NCBI GenBank assembly: GCA_038087875.1
Contig: CM075993.1
Location: forward strand, 7,318,001 to 7,382,000
DNA: 64,000 nt
Direction of reading: 5' to 3'
DNA from: Malacoraja senta
Lineage: Eukaryota
Under the pieces are notes generated by a model. It was not told the origin of the DNA. It did no database searches and worked only from the letters and a program-made list of their open reading frames with translations. Position numbers and translations under genes: made by a program. Numbering within the stretch: position 1 is the first letter of the stretch; every line of letters starts with the position of its first letter. Shown piece after piece: positions 11,451 to 22,895 of this stretch.

Positions 11451-14124
11451 CTACAGAGTTTAAAGAGAAAAGACAACAGATTAATCCAAGGAGAAAAAGC
11501 CCTGCTGTGGGGCTCATCATGCACATGGGTGACAAAGGGGGGAAAGGGGGGAGGTAGCCATGGGGCAAGATGGGCCGAGGAGGAGAGCAAGGACTAAACC
11601 GACTGATGGAATGAGGGAAGCGAACAGCGAGATAGGGAAGGGGAAGCACAGGAGAAGCAAAGGATTCAACTCAACAAAACCCCCGAACATAAAAGAAACA
11701 TGACAATTTGCCCAACCTTGGAAATGAATGAAGCTGGTAACGTAGCTAGATTACACTGATATTCCTGCCAGAGGCCTTTTAAAAAAAAATTAAGTAGCTA
11801 CACTCTGATTTTACCACTGCAGGTACTTGAAAAGGAAATGTCAACAAATTCGATTTTAAATTTCAATTTTTCACTTTGCTACAGAATGAAGAATGTAATA
11901 CTCCCTATTACCAGAGTAATGGAAAGATTACAAAAATTCAAAAAGTCTTTCTAATAATGTACACGCTTCATAGGAACGTTAGATGGAGTCATAGTCATAG
12001 AGCCATACAGCATGGAAACAGGCCCTTCAGCCCCAACTTGCATATGCCGACCAAGATGTCCCCATTCTAAGCTAGTCCCACCTGATCCATATCCCTCCAA
12101 ATCTGTCCTATCCATGTATCTGTCCAAATGTCTTTTAAAACATCATTCCATTACATTATTTGATCTAAAGACACTTAATCTGACACGCCAAGGTGCTGAT
12201 CTTAATGTGGAAGATAAGCAATTTGGCTATTAATCCAGTGTACACAGAAACTGATGCACAAAAGGAATAACCATTCTTTTTGCTCTAGATTGCCACAGGT
12301 TATTATGCAGCAATTCAAAACTATACTCAGAGCTCGCCTGACTGGAGATCATCAAACACTGGCCAGAAACCCAAAGAAGTTGAACTGAGTTAATTCCAAG
12401 CAGATGATTTCAAATTGCAACTTAAAGAGTACAACAACAAAAATGCAGATGCCGTAAATCTGAAATAAAAACAGATGCTGGGAACATTCTGCAGGTCGGG
12501 GAGAAAATAAACTGGGTTAATGTTTCAGGTCGAATACCATGTCACAGATGGCGGTCTGAACGTTAACTCTCTTGGCTTAGACGCTGCCTGACTTGCTGAG
12601 TGTTTCCCGTATTATCTGTTTGCAATATTTTTCCTCCCTAATTGTAACTACTTCCTCAAAGCGTGAAGTCTGAAGAAAGTCTGAAGAAGGGTTTCGGCCC
12701 GAAACATTGCCTATTTCCTTCACTCCATAGATGCTGCTGCACCCGCTGAGTTTCTCCAGCACTTTTGTCTACTGTCTATCCTCAAAGCGTGAAATGGTTT
12801 AGTCATGGAGCCCTCTCCTGCACTTCACTGCACTGTCCACCCCGTGTTATTTTAGCGCAGAATGCCACTTGATGTGGTCAAATATGCACCGCTCTAAGAC
12901 TAATGCAACGCTCACTGGTCACATCCCAATCAAAACGCCCCCAGTGCAGGTGAGTGAGGAGGCGAACGGGAAAGAGGGTACTGATGAAGTTTAGTACAAA
13001 ACAGCTTAAAATGCAAACAGTCAAAGGTAAATATGATTCGATAAGGAGCAGTCATGTCAAACAGGGCTTCTGTATGATAGACAATACGATCTCCTTTGAG
13101 ACTCAGACTTCAAGGAAGGTGTGTTCAGAAAGTTCCCATTAAACTTGGATGAAAGCATATCCGGAAAAAATGATGGAAATGCAGGAATTATTAACCCTTT
13201 CATTGGCACACACCAACATTTGTGTAATGTTGCTTCTTGCCCCCATGGACAATGATAGTGAATAATTGAAGAAGGAATATTTTTACTGTGCAAACCAAAC
13301 AACCTAGCAGAGATCCCTGCAGGTGTCAACAACTTAAAACATGTTATTCATGTTGGTAAGATGGATGGTTCTCGTGCCCCAACACTTCAGCTGAGTTAAG
13401 TTCATTGAAGAATAAGTATTCAATTGGATTCGGAAGTTTACCAGCCAAGCCCCTATTTTGTGAAAGATATTTTTAGTTTGCTATTCAAAAGCGAGCTGTC
13501 TTTGACTTCTCAGACCAATGCAACTAATACTAACTTGCCAGAATTTCTTGATGAAAATTAGACTTAAATGATAGGTTCCGGCGTTATTGTGGAAGAACCT
13601 TTGGTCATCCTAACCACTATTCCGGGTTAGTGGGTAAACATCCAGAACTAGTGGTCTGGACGAGTACCTAATACTAGTTGGAAATTATCGTTCAAAGCGA
13701 AACTTTGATGGGAAAAGCAAAAGGGTTACAGTGAGACAGTGAAAGGGTTAAAAGGATTATGGACAACTGCTGCTCCATCCACGTGAATCACAGTCTGCCG
13801 TGCATGTAGTCAGCCAGGTACATTTCCAGGTCAATGCTCCACACTTTCAAGATCCACCACAAAATATTTGCATTGCGAATTTTCAAGATGGGAAATTCTC
13901 TCAATTTTCAAATTTCTTACGAACTTAACAGCCCCAGAAAACCAAAAATCCACTCGTCGTTTGCCTCTCTTATTTCCATTGGGATTTATTTTCCATCCCC
14001 CCCCCCCCCAATAGTCTGAGGTCGAGTGTTTGAATGTTACTAGTGCAATTACTGAGGTAATGAATAGTGCAAGGTGGAGCATTCACCTAACACGAGGGAA
14101 CGCAACACATCCTAGGCCACATAC

Positions 14125-14231
14125 TTGGTATCTTCTGAAGTTTCCACCTCTGCTTGAGTCGTAATTGGTGCACTGGAGTGTGCCGCAGTTGGATCGTCAA
14201 TGTTAAGCTCGCCGTTGGTTGAGCTGACCAC
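14125..14231 (-). CDS. CSNK1G1: CSNK1G1 exon, [35 protein letters not shown](K/N)
   Basis: 107-nt exon, acag/gtatgt. Conserved CK1 gamma C-terminal motif [14 protein letters not shown]. Confidence 0.96.
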
Positions 14232-15793
14232 CTGTCAGGAAGGATGAGGATGAATAGATAAGGTTACGGAACACAACATACACAGTGGAAGAACACTACT
14301 GTGATATATTTTACCGCCGCCCGCATTTGCCCCCCCACCCCCCCCCCAATGTTCTTCTTTCCTCCTTTCCTATTACCCGTAACCCTGCACCCGATTTACT
14401 CCCACTTCTTTCAACTTCTGAGATAATATACAATTAAAGTCATGAATTTAAAGATCACTGCCAGATTCCAGTCACAAAGTAATTGCTAATGCTTAAAGGA
14501 ACTGCAGAAGCTGAAATTTTGAACAAATACAAAGTGCTGGAGAAACTCAGCGGTTCAGGCAGGGGACGGACAGGCGATCTTTCAGGTCGAGACCCTTCTT
14601 CAGACTGAAACTGAGACAGTCTGAAGTAGGGTTCCGAAATGTCGCCTGTCCATACCTCTATGGATGCTGCCTGACCTGCTGAGTTCCTCCAGCATTTTTT
14701 GTCTTGATAATATTTAAACATAATAGCAGAAAATGGACTTTTGCCTGAAAACGGCTGGTCCAGACTGAGCAGAATGCCAGCAGTGGTTAATTTGGAGCTG
14801 CTTCTTTGGGGTTACGTTTATTATCGGAAAACAGACCTTATATGTCTGGACCTTTTGCCAATGTGACATCATTGCTCGCCTCCACTCAGTGTTTCACCAC
14901 TAAAAGGGAGGAATTAGCAGCTAAAACACACAAGCTGATGTCAGCTCAGACATCTCGACCTATTCACTACTTCCACTACTTTCAAAGCAATGGAAATCTA
15001 GGCAGACAATAAGACGAGTCCAAGACTTACAGAAAGTTCAAGTGCTCTCGGCTAATCTAACTGTTGTTTTCTCTGAAAAATGAGTTGCTAATGTGTCACA
15101 TTGCTTGATAAATGTTCCTGAAGATGTGTTTTTCCTTTCAAAGCATGAGGCAGATTAATTTTGGCCAAGGGTTTGTTTACTCTGCTATCATTCACAGTGG
15201 CAGGAAAACAATGTCAATATTGAATCCACGCCTGATGTTTGCAAAGCCAGCATTTCCTTTAAAGTGAGGAAATAGAAAGCTAATTTCCTATCAATTTAAT
15301 TGCTGCACTTTATCATTGATGCACAAGAAAGAACATTGTTCTGTGCACGCGTAGTGTACCCCCATATATATAGTATGCCTTTTCCGGATGTCAGCTTAGT
15401 TCATCAACCTGACATAACCTGGAAATTAAGTATTTGGGAAGGAGCTGCAGATGCTGGTTTACATCGAAGATAAGACACAAAAAGCTGGAGTAACTCAGCA
15501 GGTCAGTCAGCGTCTCTGGTGAAAAGGAGTAGGTGACGTTTCTGGTCGAGACCCAACTTCTGGGGAAGGCTCTCGACCCGAAACGTCACCCATTCCTTCT
15601 CTCCAGAGAAGCTGCCTGCCCCACGGAATTACTCCAGCTATTTGTGTCTAGCTTGGAAATTAAGCACAGATTCTAGGCTTGGTGATTCAATATACTCTTG
15701 GAAAACCATTGCCCCACTGGAGATATCACCTCCCCTCTATCAGAGGAACACAGATGACAATGAAGCACTAAGTATCCACTCTCAATAGTATAA

Positions 15794-15997
15794 AGGGCCT
15801 GTCTCACTTGGGTGTCATTTGCGCGTCACGCAGGTGGCGAGCGAAGATTTTGTGAATCCCCAAATCCTGCGGCGCCGCGCACGACCGCGCGTCACTACCT
15901 ACGCCACTACGCCTCACCACGCGCCATGCGCGCATCACGTGCGCGTCACGATGCGTAAATGATGTTGCGTAAATGACGCGCAAATGGGACAGGCCCT
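15794..15997. mobile_element. MITE, TIR AGGGCCTGTCYCA, CpG-rich interior
   Basis: AGGGCCTGTCTCACTTG ... CAAATGGGACAGGCCCT. Confidence 0.8.
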
Positions 15998-16009
15998 ATA
16001 AGCTGAGTC

Positions 16010-16226
16010 AAACCAGCTATCATTGGCCTTGATGGTATCAATCTCAACCAACATCAGAAGAATACTTTTCTGATATTATAAAATTGTGGTTTGTGGGTTT
16101 TTGTGAAACTTTGCTGCTTCTTTTCCACATTACAATGGTGACTACATTATGAAAAAACGTAATTGCTGCGAAGCCCCATGAAGTGATCCTTCACTGTACA
16201 GTCACTGTATAAATACAAGTTCTTTA
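16010..16226 (+). mobile_element. Ancient Deu-domain SINE remnant (SacSINE1-like)
   Basis: Resembles the recalled DeuSINE 3' part: GTTTGTGGG...CATTACAA..GTGACTACA...TATAAATACAAGT. Confidence 0.45.
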
Positions 16227-16369
16227 ACATACGCTACATTCCTGAGGGGATTCTACTCAGGGTTTCATCTTACATTAAGATGATCCAACATAAAGCACTT
16301 AAAGCAAAGAAAGGTGGTCTCAAGAGGATATCTGCTGTTTGATTATAGTATCCTACAATGGGGAGAATG

Positions 16370-17027
16370 GGGCAGCACGGTTAGCGCTGCTGCCTTACAG
16401 CGCCAGAGGGCCTGGGTTCGATCCTGACCTTGGGTGCTGTCTGTACGGAGTTTGTACGTTCTCCCCGTGACCTGCAAGGGTTTTCTCCATGAGCTCCGGT
16501 TTCCTCCCACACAATAGACAATAGATGCAGGAATAGGCCATTCGGCCCTTCGAGCTAGCACCACCATCCAATGTGATCATGGCTGATCATCCACAATCAG
16601 TACCCCGTTCCCGCCCTCTCCCCTACATCCCTTGACTACGCTGTCTTTAAGAGCTCTGTCTAGCTCTCTCTTGAAAGCATCCAGAGAGCCAGCCTCAACC
16701 GCCCTCTGAGGCAGAGATTTCCAGACTCACAACTCTCTATGTGAAAATGTTTTTCCTCATCTCCGTTCTAAATGGCTTACCCTTTATTCTTAATATAGAA
16801 TAATCTTAATATTAATCTTAATATTCTCAATACAGAATAGAACTCCAAAGACGAACAGGTTTGTAGGTTACTTGACTTGACTTGACTTGGTCAAGTAACC
16901 TGTATGAATGTAAAATTGTCCCTAGTGTGTGTAGGATAGTGTAAGGGTGCGGGGGTCGTTGGTCGGTGTGGACTCGGTGGGCCGAAGGGCCTGTTTTCGT
17001 GCTGTATCTCTAAACTAAACTAAAACT
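16370..17027 (+). mobile_element. V-SINE with a nested CR1 fragment (about 16513-16840)
   Basis: SINE halves rejoin at CCCACAC/ACTCCAAAGAC. Confidence 0.82.
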
Positions 17028-17512
17028 ACGTATTAAATTTAGGTCAATCCCCAGACCCATTTTAGGATAGCACCGTATCTAGGATATTGTTTTTAAGGAA
17101 TGTGAGGTCTCTTGAGACATCTTTATGAAAATATTGTCTCAATGTTGTTCCTTCAGAAGTAGTCTTTGCTTACTGCTTCTCGTCCTCTCAAGAGGTTTGA
17201 AGATGGCCGACTGAACTCATGTGGTACTCAATAACAAATGGCATGAAAGTTTAGAGACAAGTGAAATAGCAGATGCTGGTTTACAAAGAAAGGCACAAAG
17301 AGCTGGATTAACTCAGCAGGTCAGGCAGCATCTTTGGAGAACATGAATAGACGACGTTTCGGGTCGAGTCTGAAGAAGCGTCCTGATCCGAAACTTCACC
17401 TATCCATTCAAACCCTTCAAATAAAACTGCGTAGGAAAGAACTGCAGATGCTGGTTTAAATCAAAAGTAGACACAAAATGTTGGAGTATCTCAGCAGGAC
17501 TGGCTGTTAGGT

Positions 17513-17540
17513 CTGAAGAAGGGTCTCGACCCGAAACGTC
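17513..17540 (+). ncRNA. Minimal type I hammerhead-ribozyme motif (representative of many copies)
   Basis: CTGAAGA-A-GGGT[CTCG]ACCC-GAAAC-GTC: CUGANGA/GAAA core, 4-bp stem II, palindromic ACGU and a GUC triplet. Confidence 0.6.
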
Positions 17541-17776
17541 ACCCATTCCTTCTCTCCAGAGATGCTGCCGGTCCCGCTGAGTTACTCCAGCATTTTGTGT
17601 CTATCTTCAATAAGACTCGTGGACAGCTTGATTAACCATCGGCAGTGGGTTTATTTTACTTGCACAAGGAGAGAGTGTCATAGTCAAAGCCTGTGATCAC
17701 AACTCTAAAGTTAAGTCGGCACAGCAGGACATTTATTCACCAAAAAAAGATAACAACTGAGGAAGTACAGATGTGA

Positions 17777-18562
17777 AGGTAGACAAAAATGCTGGGGGAA
17801 CTCAGCGGGTGAGGCAGCATCTACGGATAGGCGACGTTTCGGGTCGAGACCCTTCTTCAGACTGATGTCGGGGGGGGGGGGGGGGAAGAAAGGAAGAGGC
17901 GGTGACAGTGGGCTTGTGGGAGAGCTGGGAAGGGAAGGGGAAGGAGGCAGAAAGCAAGGACTATCTGAAATTGGAGAAGTCAATGTTCATACCGCTGCGG
18001 TGTAAACTACCCAAGTGAAATATGAAGTGCTGCTCCTCCAATTTGCGCTGGGCCTCACTCTGGCAATGGAGGAGGCCCAGGACAGAAAGGTCAGATTCGG
18101 GATGGGAAGCGGAGTTGAAGTGCTGGGCCACCGGGAGATCAGGTTGGTTAATGCGAACTGAGCGGAGGTGTTGGGTCAAGCAATTGCCAAGCCTGCGCTT
18201 GGTCTCGCCGATGTAGAGAAGTTGACACCTGGAACAGCGGATGCAGTAGATGAGGAGGAAATTGGAGAAACAGCACCTCATATTTCGTTTGGGTAGTTTA
18301 CACCCCAGCAGGATGAACATTGACTTCTCCAATTTCAGATAGTCCTTGCTTTCTCCCTCCTTCCCCTCCCCCTTCCCAGCTCTCCCACAGCCTACTGTCT
18401 CCGCCTCTTCCTTTCTCCCCCCCCCGACATCAGTCTGAAGAAGGGTCTCGACCCGATACGTCGCCTATTCCTTCTCTCCATAGATGCTGCCTCAGCCGCT
18501 GAGTTTCTCCAGCATGTTTGTCTACCTTCGATTTTTCCAGCATCTGCAGTTCTTTCTTAAAC
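17777..18562. mobile_element. Penelope-like element: GIY-YIG endonuclease end with inverted duplication
   Basis: ORF LIYCIRCSRCQLLYIGETKRRL...PVAQHFNS...GMNIDFSNFR on the minus strand, with an inverted partial copy from about 18257. Flanked by the 14-bp direct repeat AAGTACAGATGTGA (17763-17776, 18563-18576). Confidence 0.88.
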
Positions 18563-18853
18563 AAGTACAGATGTGAGGTAGATTGATACGTTAATTACAG
18601 GAATTGTGATTTACTTTTAAATTGAACCAAAGTCGGTCCGAATCCAACAAGGTATAAAGGTAAGGACAATGAAGGTGTTAATGGCGAGTGTGTGAGAACC
18701 AGTGGAACTGACAGATTATATGTTAAGTGATAGATACTGGCAGGCGTCTTATGGACTCTGCGAGCAACAGAGTACAAGGGTAACGTCAATGAAGGTGTTA
18801 ATGGCGAGTCTAGCTGGCAACTTGAACTTTTTTTGTTTTTGCTTTTTTCGTTT

Positions 18854-18957
18854 AAGCTCCTATTCCATCTCCCTGTTCCAAAAATCAATTTAATATATGG
18901 TCCCTAGATAAGGGACGTATCAGGTATTAAACTGATAAGAACAGATACTACACTTGA
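18854..18957 (-). pseudogene. RNU2: U2 snRNA retrocopy (internal fragment, about nt 27-130) with A-rich tail and 9-bp target-site duplication (TSD)
   Basis: Minus strand reads TCAAGTGTAGTATCTGTTCTTATCAGTTTAATACCTGATACGTCCCTTATCTAGGGACCATATATTAAATTGATTTTTGGAACAGGGAGATGGAATAGGAGCTT, which includes the branch-recognition region, stems IIa/IIb and the Sm site. A-rich tail at 18828-18853. ACTTGAACT is duplicated at 18820-18828 and 18952-18960. Confidence 0.92.
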
Positions 18958-19049
18958 ACTAATGTATCAACAAACACCTCCAACAGTTTTTGGGACTTCC
19001 ACACCACGTTCTCCAGAGATGCTGCCTGATCTGCTGAGTTACTCCAGCA

Positions 19050-19696
19050 CAGGGGTGGGGAACCTGCAGCCTTAAGGCTGCATGCGGCCTTCTGGGCCAT
19101 TAAGGGCGCCCTTATGAATGAATCCAAATTTTGTAGAACAGATCCTTTTATTTTTATTAATATGTCTTTGTTCGTCTTTTATTATTTTAATTTTAATCTT
19201 AAAATGAACATATTTAAAATACCAAAGAGTAAAAGAAGATTCAACAAAATTAGCATTTCAACCTCACCGAGTTGATGTCTCCAAGGCTCCTAAAGAACTA
19301 CAGATGGAATTGATTGAGCTCTCAGAAGATGACATTTTAAAGTCCTTATTTGACGCTAAGAAAGATCCGATTGAAATATGGAAAAAATGCTATAGAATAT
19401 CCACGTCTTCGGCAACATGCACGAAAAATGCTTTCTTGCTTTTCAACCACTTATTGCTGCGAATCGACATTCTCCTACCTAGCCCAAATCAAGGCGCCCG
19501 TACAAATTAAAAGGTTAGTTAACTTTAGAATTAACAACATTTTTTTCATTTTCTTGAAGTTAGTACATAGTAGTTCGATTTTTACAAAATAATGTACATT
19601 TTGAAGTATATCTAATTGAAGTTTCTTGGATGCGGCCTTATTAGATTACATCTAACTTAATGCGGCATTCCAACATGAAAAGGTTTCCCACCCCTG
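19050..19696 (+). mobile_element. Internally deleted hAT (Charlie-like) DNA transposon
   Basis: TIRs CAGGGGTGGGGAACCT / AGGTTTCCCACCCCTG and an 8-bp TSD CTCCAGCA (19042-19049, 19697-19704). Carries a remnant of the hAT dimerisation domain: ELQMELIEL...IWK / YPRLRQHARKMLSCFSTTYCCESTFS. Confidence 0.92.
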
Positions 19697-20420
19697 CTCC
19701 AGCATGTTGTCTTTTAGTGGCATTAATTATTTTTGCAGCCATGCTCTGAGGAGCTAACAATGGGAGTAGTGCTAACATGGTTGGCACTCAAGTACTTGAA
19801 CGTTGAAACAGACCAGAATTACCCTGTTGACTCTCAGCACAGCCAGCCCACTTTCTTTCAACAAGTCTTGGAAAATAGTGGATTCCCAAAGTCTGAACTT
19901 CCAAGGTACACTGTTTAAGAAGGAACTGCAGATGCTGGAAAATCGAAGGTAGACAAAAATGCTGGAGAAACTCAGCGGGTGAGGCAAATAGGCGACGTTT
20001 CGGGTCGAGACCCTTCTACCTTCCATAGTACACTAATCACTTATCAGAACCGAGTATTTTTCATTTAAAGAATGCATGTTTTTAGGTATTTCTTTAAAAA
20101 ATAAACAAGGCGGCAGAGCGGTGATTTTGATGCATTAAAATAAAACTGGCGTGTGATTGATTTGTGCCATATTAAGCAGTTAAGCATCAGGGTTGTTAGT
20201 ACATTGCAAATGTTTCTGGATAAACTTACCTTCAAGCAGTCAAACAAAGTGCTTCCTTGCAAGTGAAATTTTCCTTTTAAAGGGCTAATAACTTTTTTTA
20301 TCAGATCCTCCTCGCTTTCTTTCAACTTCTGTAGTTATTCCCTCACTCCACCTACCTCTGCAGCAGAGGGGAACGCTTATAAGCAGTTGCTGTCACTTCT
20401 GCTCAGAACGTCAAAAATGA

Positions 20421-21100
20421 AAGGACTGGACAAGCTAGATGCAGGAAAAATGTTCCCAATGTTGGGCGAGTCCAGAACCAGGGGGGCCACAGTCTTAGAA
20501 TAAAGGGGAGGCCATTTAAGACTGAGGTGAGAAAAAACGTTTTCACCCAGAGAGTTGTGAATTTGTGGAATTCCCTGCCACAGAGGGCAGTGGAAGCCAA
20601 ATCACTGGATGGATTTAAGAGAGAGTGAGATAGAGCTCTGGGGGCTAGTGGAATCAAGTTATATGGAGAGAAGGCAGGCACGGGTTATTGATTTGGGACG
20701 ATCAGCCATGATCACAATGAATGGCGGTGCTGGCTCGAAGGGCCGAATGGCCTCCTCCTGCACCAATTTTCTATGTTTCTATGTTTCTAAAGGAGCAGAA
20801 TTAGGCCATTCGGCCAATCAAGTCTACTCCGCCATTCAATCATAGGTAATCTATCTCTCCTAACCCCATTCTCCTGCCTTCTCCCCATAACCCTTGACAC
20901 CCGTACTAATCAAGAATCTCTGCCATAAAAATATCCATCGACCTGGCCTCCACAACCTTCCGTGGCAAAGAATTCCACAGATTCACCACCCTCTGACTAA
21001 AGAAATTCCCACTCAACTCCCTCCTAAAGGAACATCCTTTAATTCTGAGGCTATGACCTCTCGTCCAAGACTCTCCCACTAGTGGGGACATCCTCCCCTC
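20421..21100. mobile_element. Two tail-to-tail CR1 3' fragments
   Basis: Plus copy 20421-20790 and minus copy 20790-21100. Confidence 0.8.
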
Positions 21101-21750
21101 ATCAAGAACCATTTTGAAGCACAACATCTCACTTGACATCCCAGCGTGGCACTGAGAGAACACATACACGATCGGTGGGCAAGACCTTAAGCTGAAGCCT
21201 GATTGATGGATTGCTGATTGATGGATTGTGATGAATGAAATTTGACTGTTCTAATCCCTACATTATAAGAATGACTAAACTTCGAAATGAGGACGTCATC
21301 GAATGAGAATGGTACTTGGATGTTCTCAGGTAGTGGAAACTTAAACTTAATACGTTTCTTTGTTCACACAGTAGTCTCACAAGGCAGAGAGAGCCAGAAT
21401 CAAAGTTTGACTGTCTTGGAAGGTATGTCCCCTCCTCTCCAGTGCAGGAATCTCCACAGGAAAAGCGTTTAGGACAAGCTTAGGACAATCCTGTTACAGA
21501 GTAATACAGCATGGAAACAGGCCCTTCGGCCCAACTCATCCATGCCAACGAAGCTAGTCTAATTTGCAAACATTTGCCGCATATCCTTTTCAACCTTTCC
21601 TACGCATGGATCTGTCCAAATGTCTTTTAAATGTTGTTATTGGACCTGCCTCAACAACCACTTTCTCTGGCAGCTTGTTGCATGTTTCCCTGGGTGGAGA
21701 AGTTGCCCCTCGGGTTCCTTTTAAATCTTTCCCCTCTCTCCTTAAACCCA

Positions 21751-22070
21751 CGCGGCACGGTGGCGCAGCGGTAGAGTTGCTGCCTTACAGCGAATGCAGC
21801 GCCGGAGACCCGGGTTCGATCCCGACTACGGGTGCTGTCTGTACGGAGTTTGTACCTTCTCCCCGTGACCTGCGCGGGTTTTCCCCGAGTTCTTCGGTTC
21901 CTCCCACAGATGTGCAGGTTTGTAGGTTCACTGGCTTGGTAAATGTAAAAAGTGTCCCTAGTGGGTATAGGATAGTGTTAATGTGCGGGGATCGCTGGTC
22001 GGCGCGGACCCGGTGGGCCGAAAGGGCTTATTTCTGCGCTGTATCTCTAAACTGTATCTGTAAACTAAAC
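21751..22070 (+). mobile_element. V-SINE
   Basis: Diagnostic head, core and tail. Confidence 0.87.
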
Positions 22071-22195
22071 GCGCTCTGGTTTTTGATTCTCCTTCCTCGG
22101 GAAAAGGCTGCGTGCATTCACACACACACTTGGAGCACACACCAATGTATATTAAATCTCCACCTGGCAATGAATCACAGAAGAAGATTGTATAC

Positions 22196-22309
22196 CTGGA
22201 CAGAGCCCCCGTGTCTGTCTGACGTCAGCTGGGTGGTGGTCAGGAAGGAAGGGTTTTGCTGCCGATTGGGCTGAATTTCCCATGCTCCTCTGCGATCGGC
22301 TGCTCCTGT
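22196..22309 (-). CDS. CSNK1G1: CSNK1G1 cassette exon, [38 protein letters not shown]
   Basis: 114-nt symmetric exon, tag/gtata. Matches the optional RRGxWEIQP...DRHGGSVQ insert of long CK1 gamma isoforms. Confidence 0.88.
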
Positions 22310-22579
22310 CTACTCATTGATTATAACAGAAGGGAAGGGTGACAAAGGGGATCCATGCAGCAGAGCAGGCACAAGCAAAGCAATGAAACAAAAAGTTAGT
22401 CGTTAGTGATTATTTAACTGGTTTAGCAAAGCATGAATGGTGCCGTTCTTAGGTATGCCATGATACACAGGTTTGCCATTGTAAATTCTAAAGAAACCTG
22501 TCTTTAATCGAATATTAATTGTCTACTGACGCCATTTTTGGGCAGTCGGAGCTAGAGGGTTACAACAGTTTAATCTTTT

Positions 22580-22895
22580 TTAGTTTGGAGCTACAGCATG
22601 GAAATAAGCCCTTTGGCCCACTGAGTCCATGCTAGCCATCGATCACCGGTACACTAGTTCTATGTTATTCCACTTCTTCATCCACTCCCTACACACTAGG
22701 GGCAATTTACAGAAGCCAATTAACCTACAGGTCAAACCTCCACGTCTGGAATGTCTGGAAACCAGAGCCTACCCCCCCCCCCCCGGGAGAAAACCCACAC
22801 GGTCACGGAGAGAACGTGCAAACTCCGCCCAGACAGCACCCGTAGTCAGGATCGAACCAGGGTCACTGGCGCTGTGAGGCAGCGGCTCTGCCGAC
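22580..22895 (-). mobile_element. V-SINE
   Basis: Diagnostic motifs, reverse orientation. Confidence 0.8.

Noticed and set aside
18854..18957. Functional U2 snRNA gene
   Set aside because: It lacks the 5' about 26 nt and the 3' stem-loops, and has an A tail and TSD.
21751..21830. tRNA-like sequences with A and B boxes (many copies)
   Set aside because: These are SINE heads joined to the V-core and LINE tail, not tRNA genes.
21564..22274. 236-aa ORF
   Set aside because: It reads through a LINE tail, a V-SINE and the antisense of a CSNK1G1 exon, with no protein-like content.
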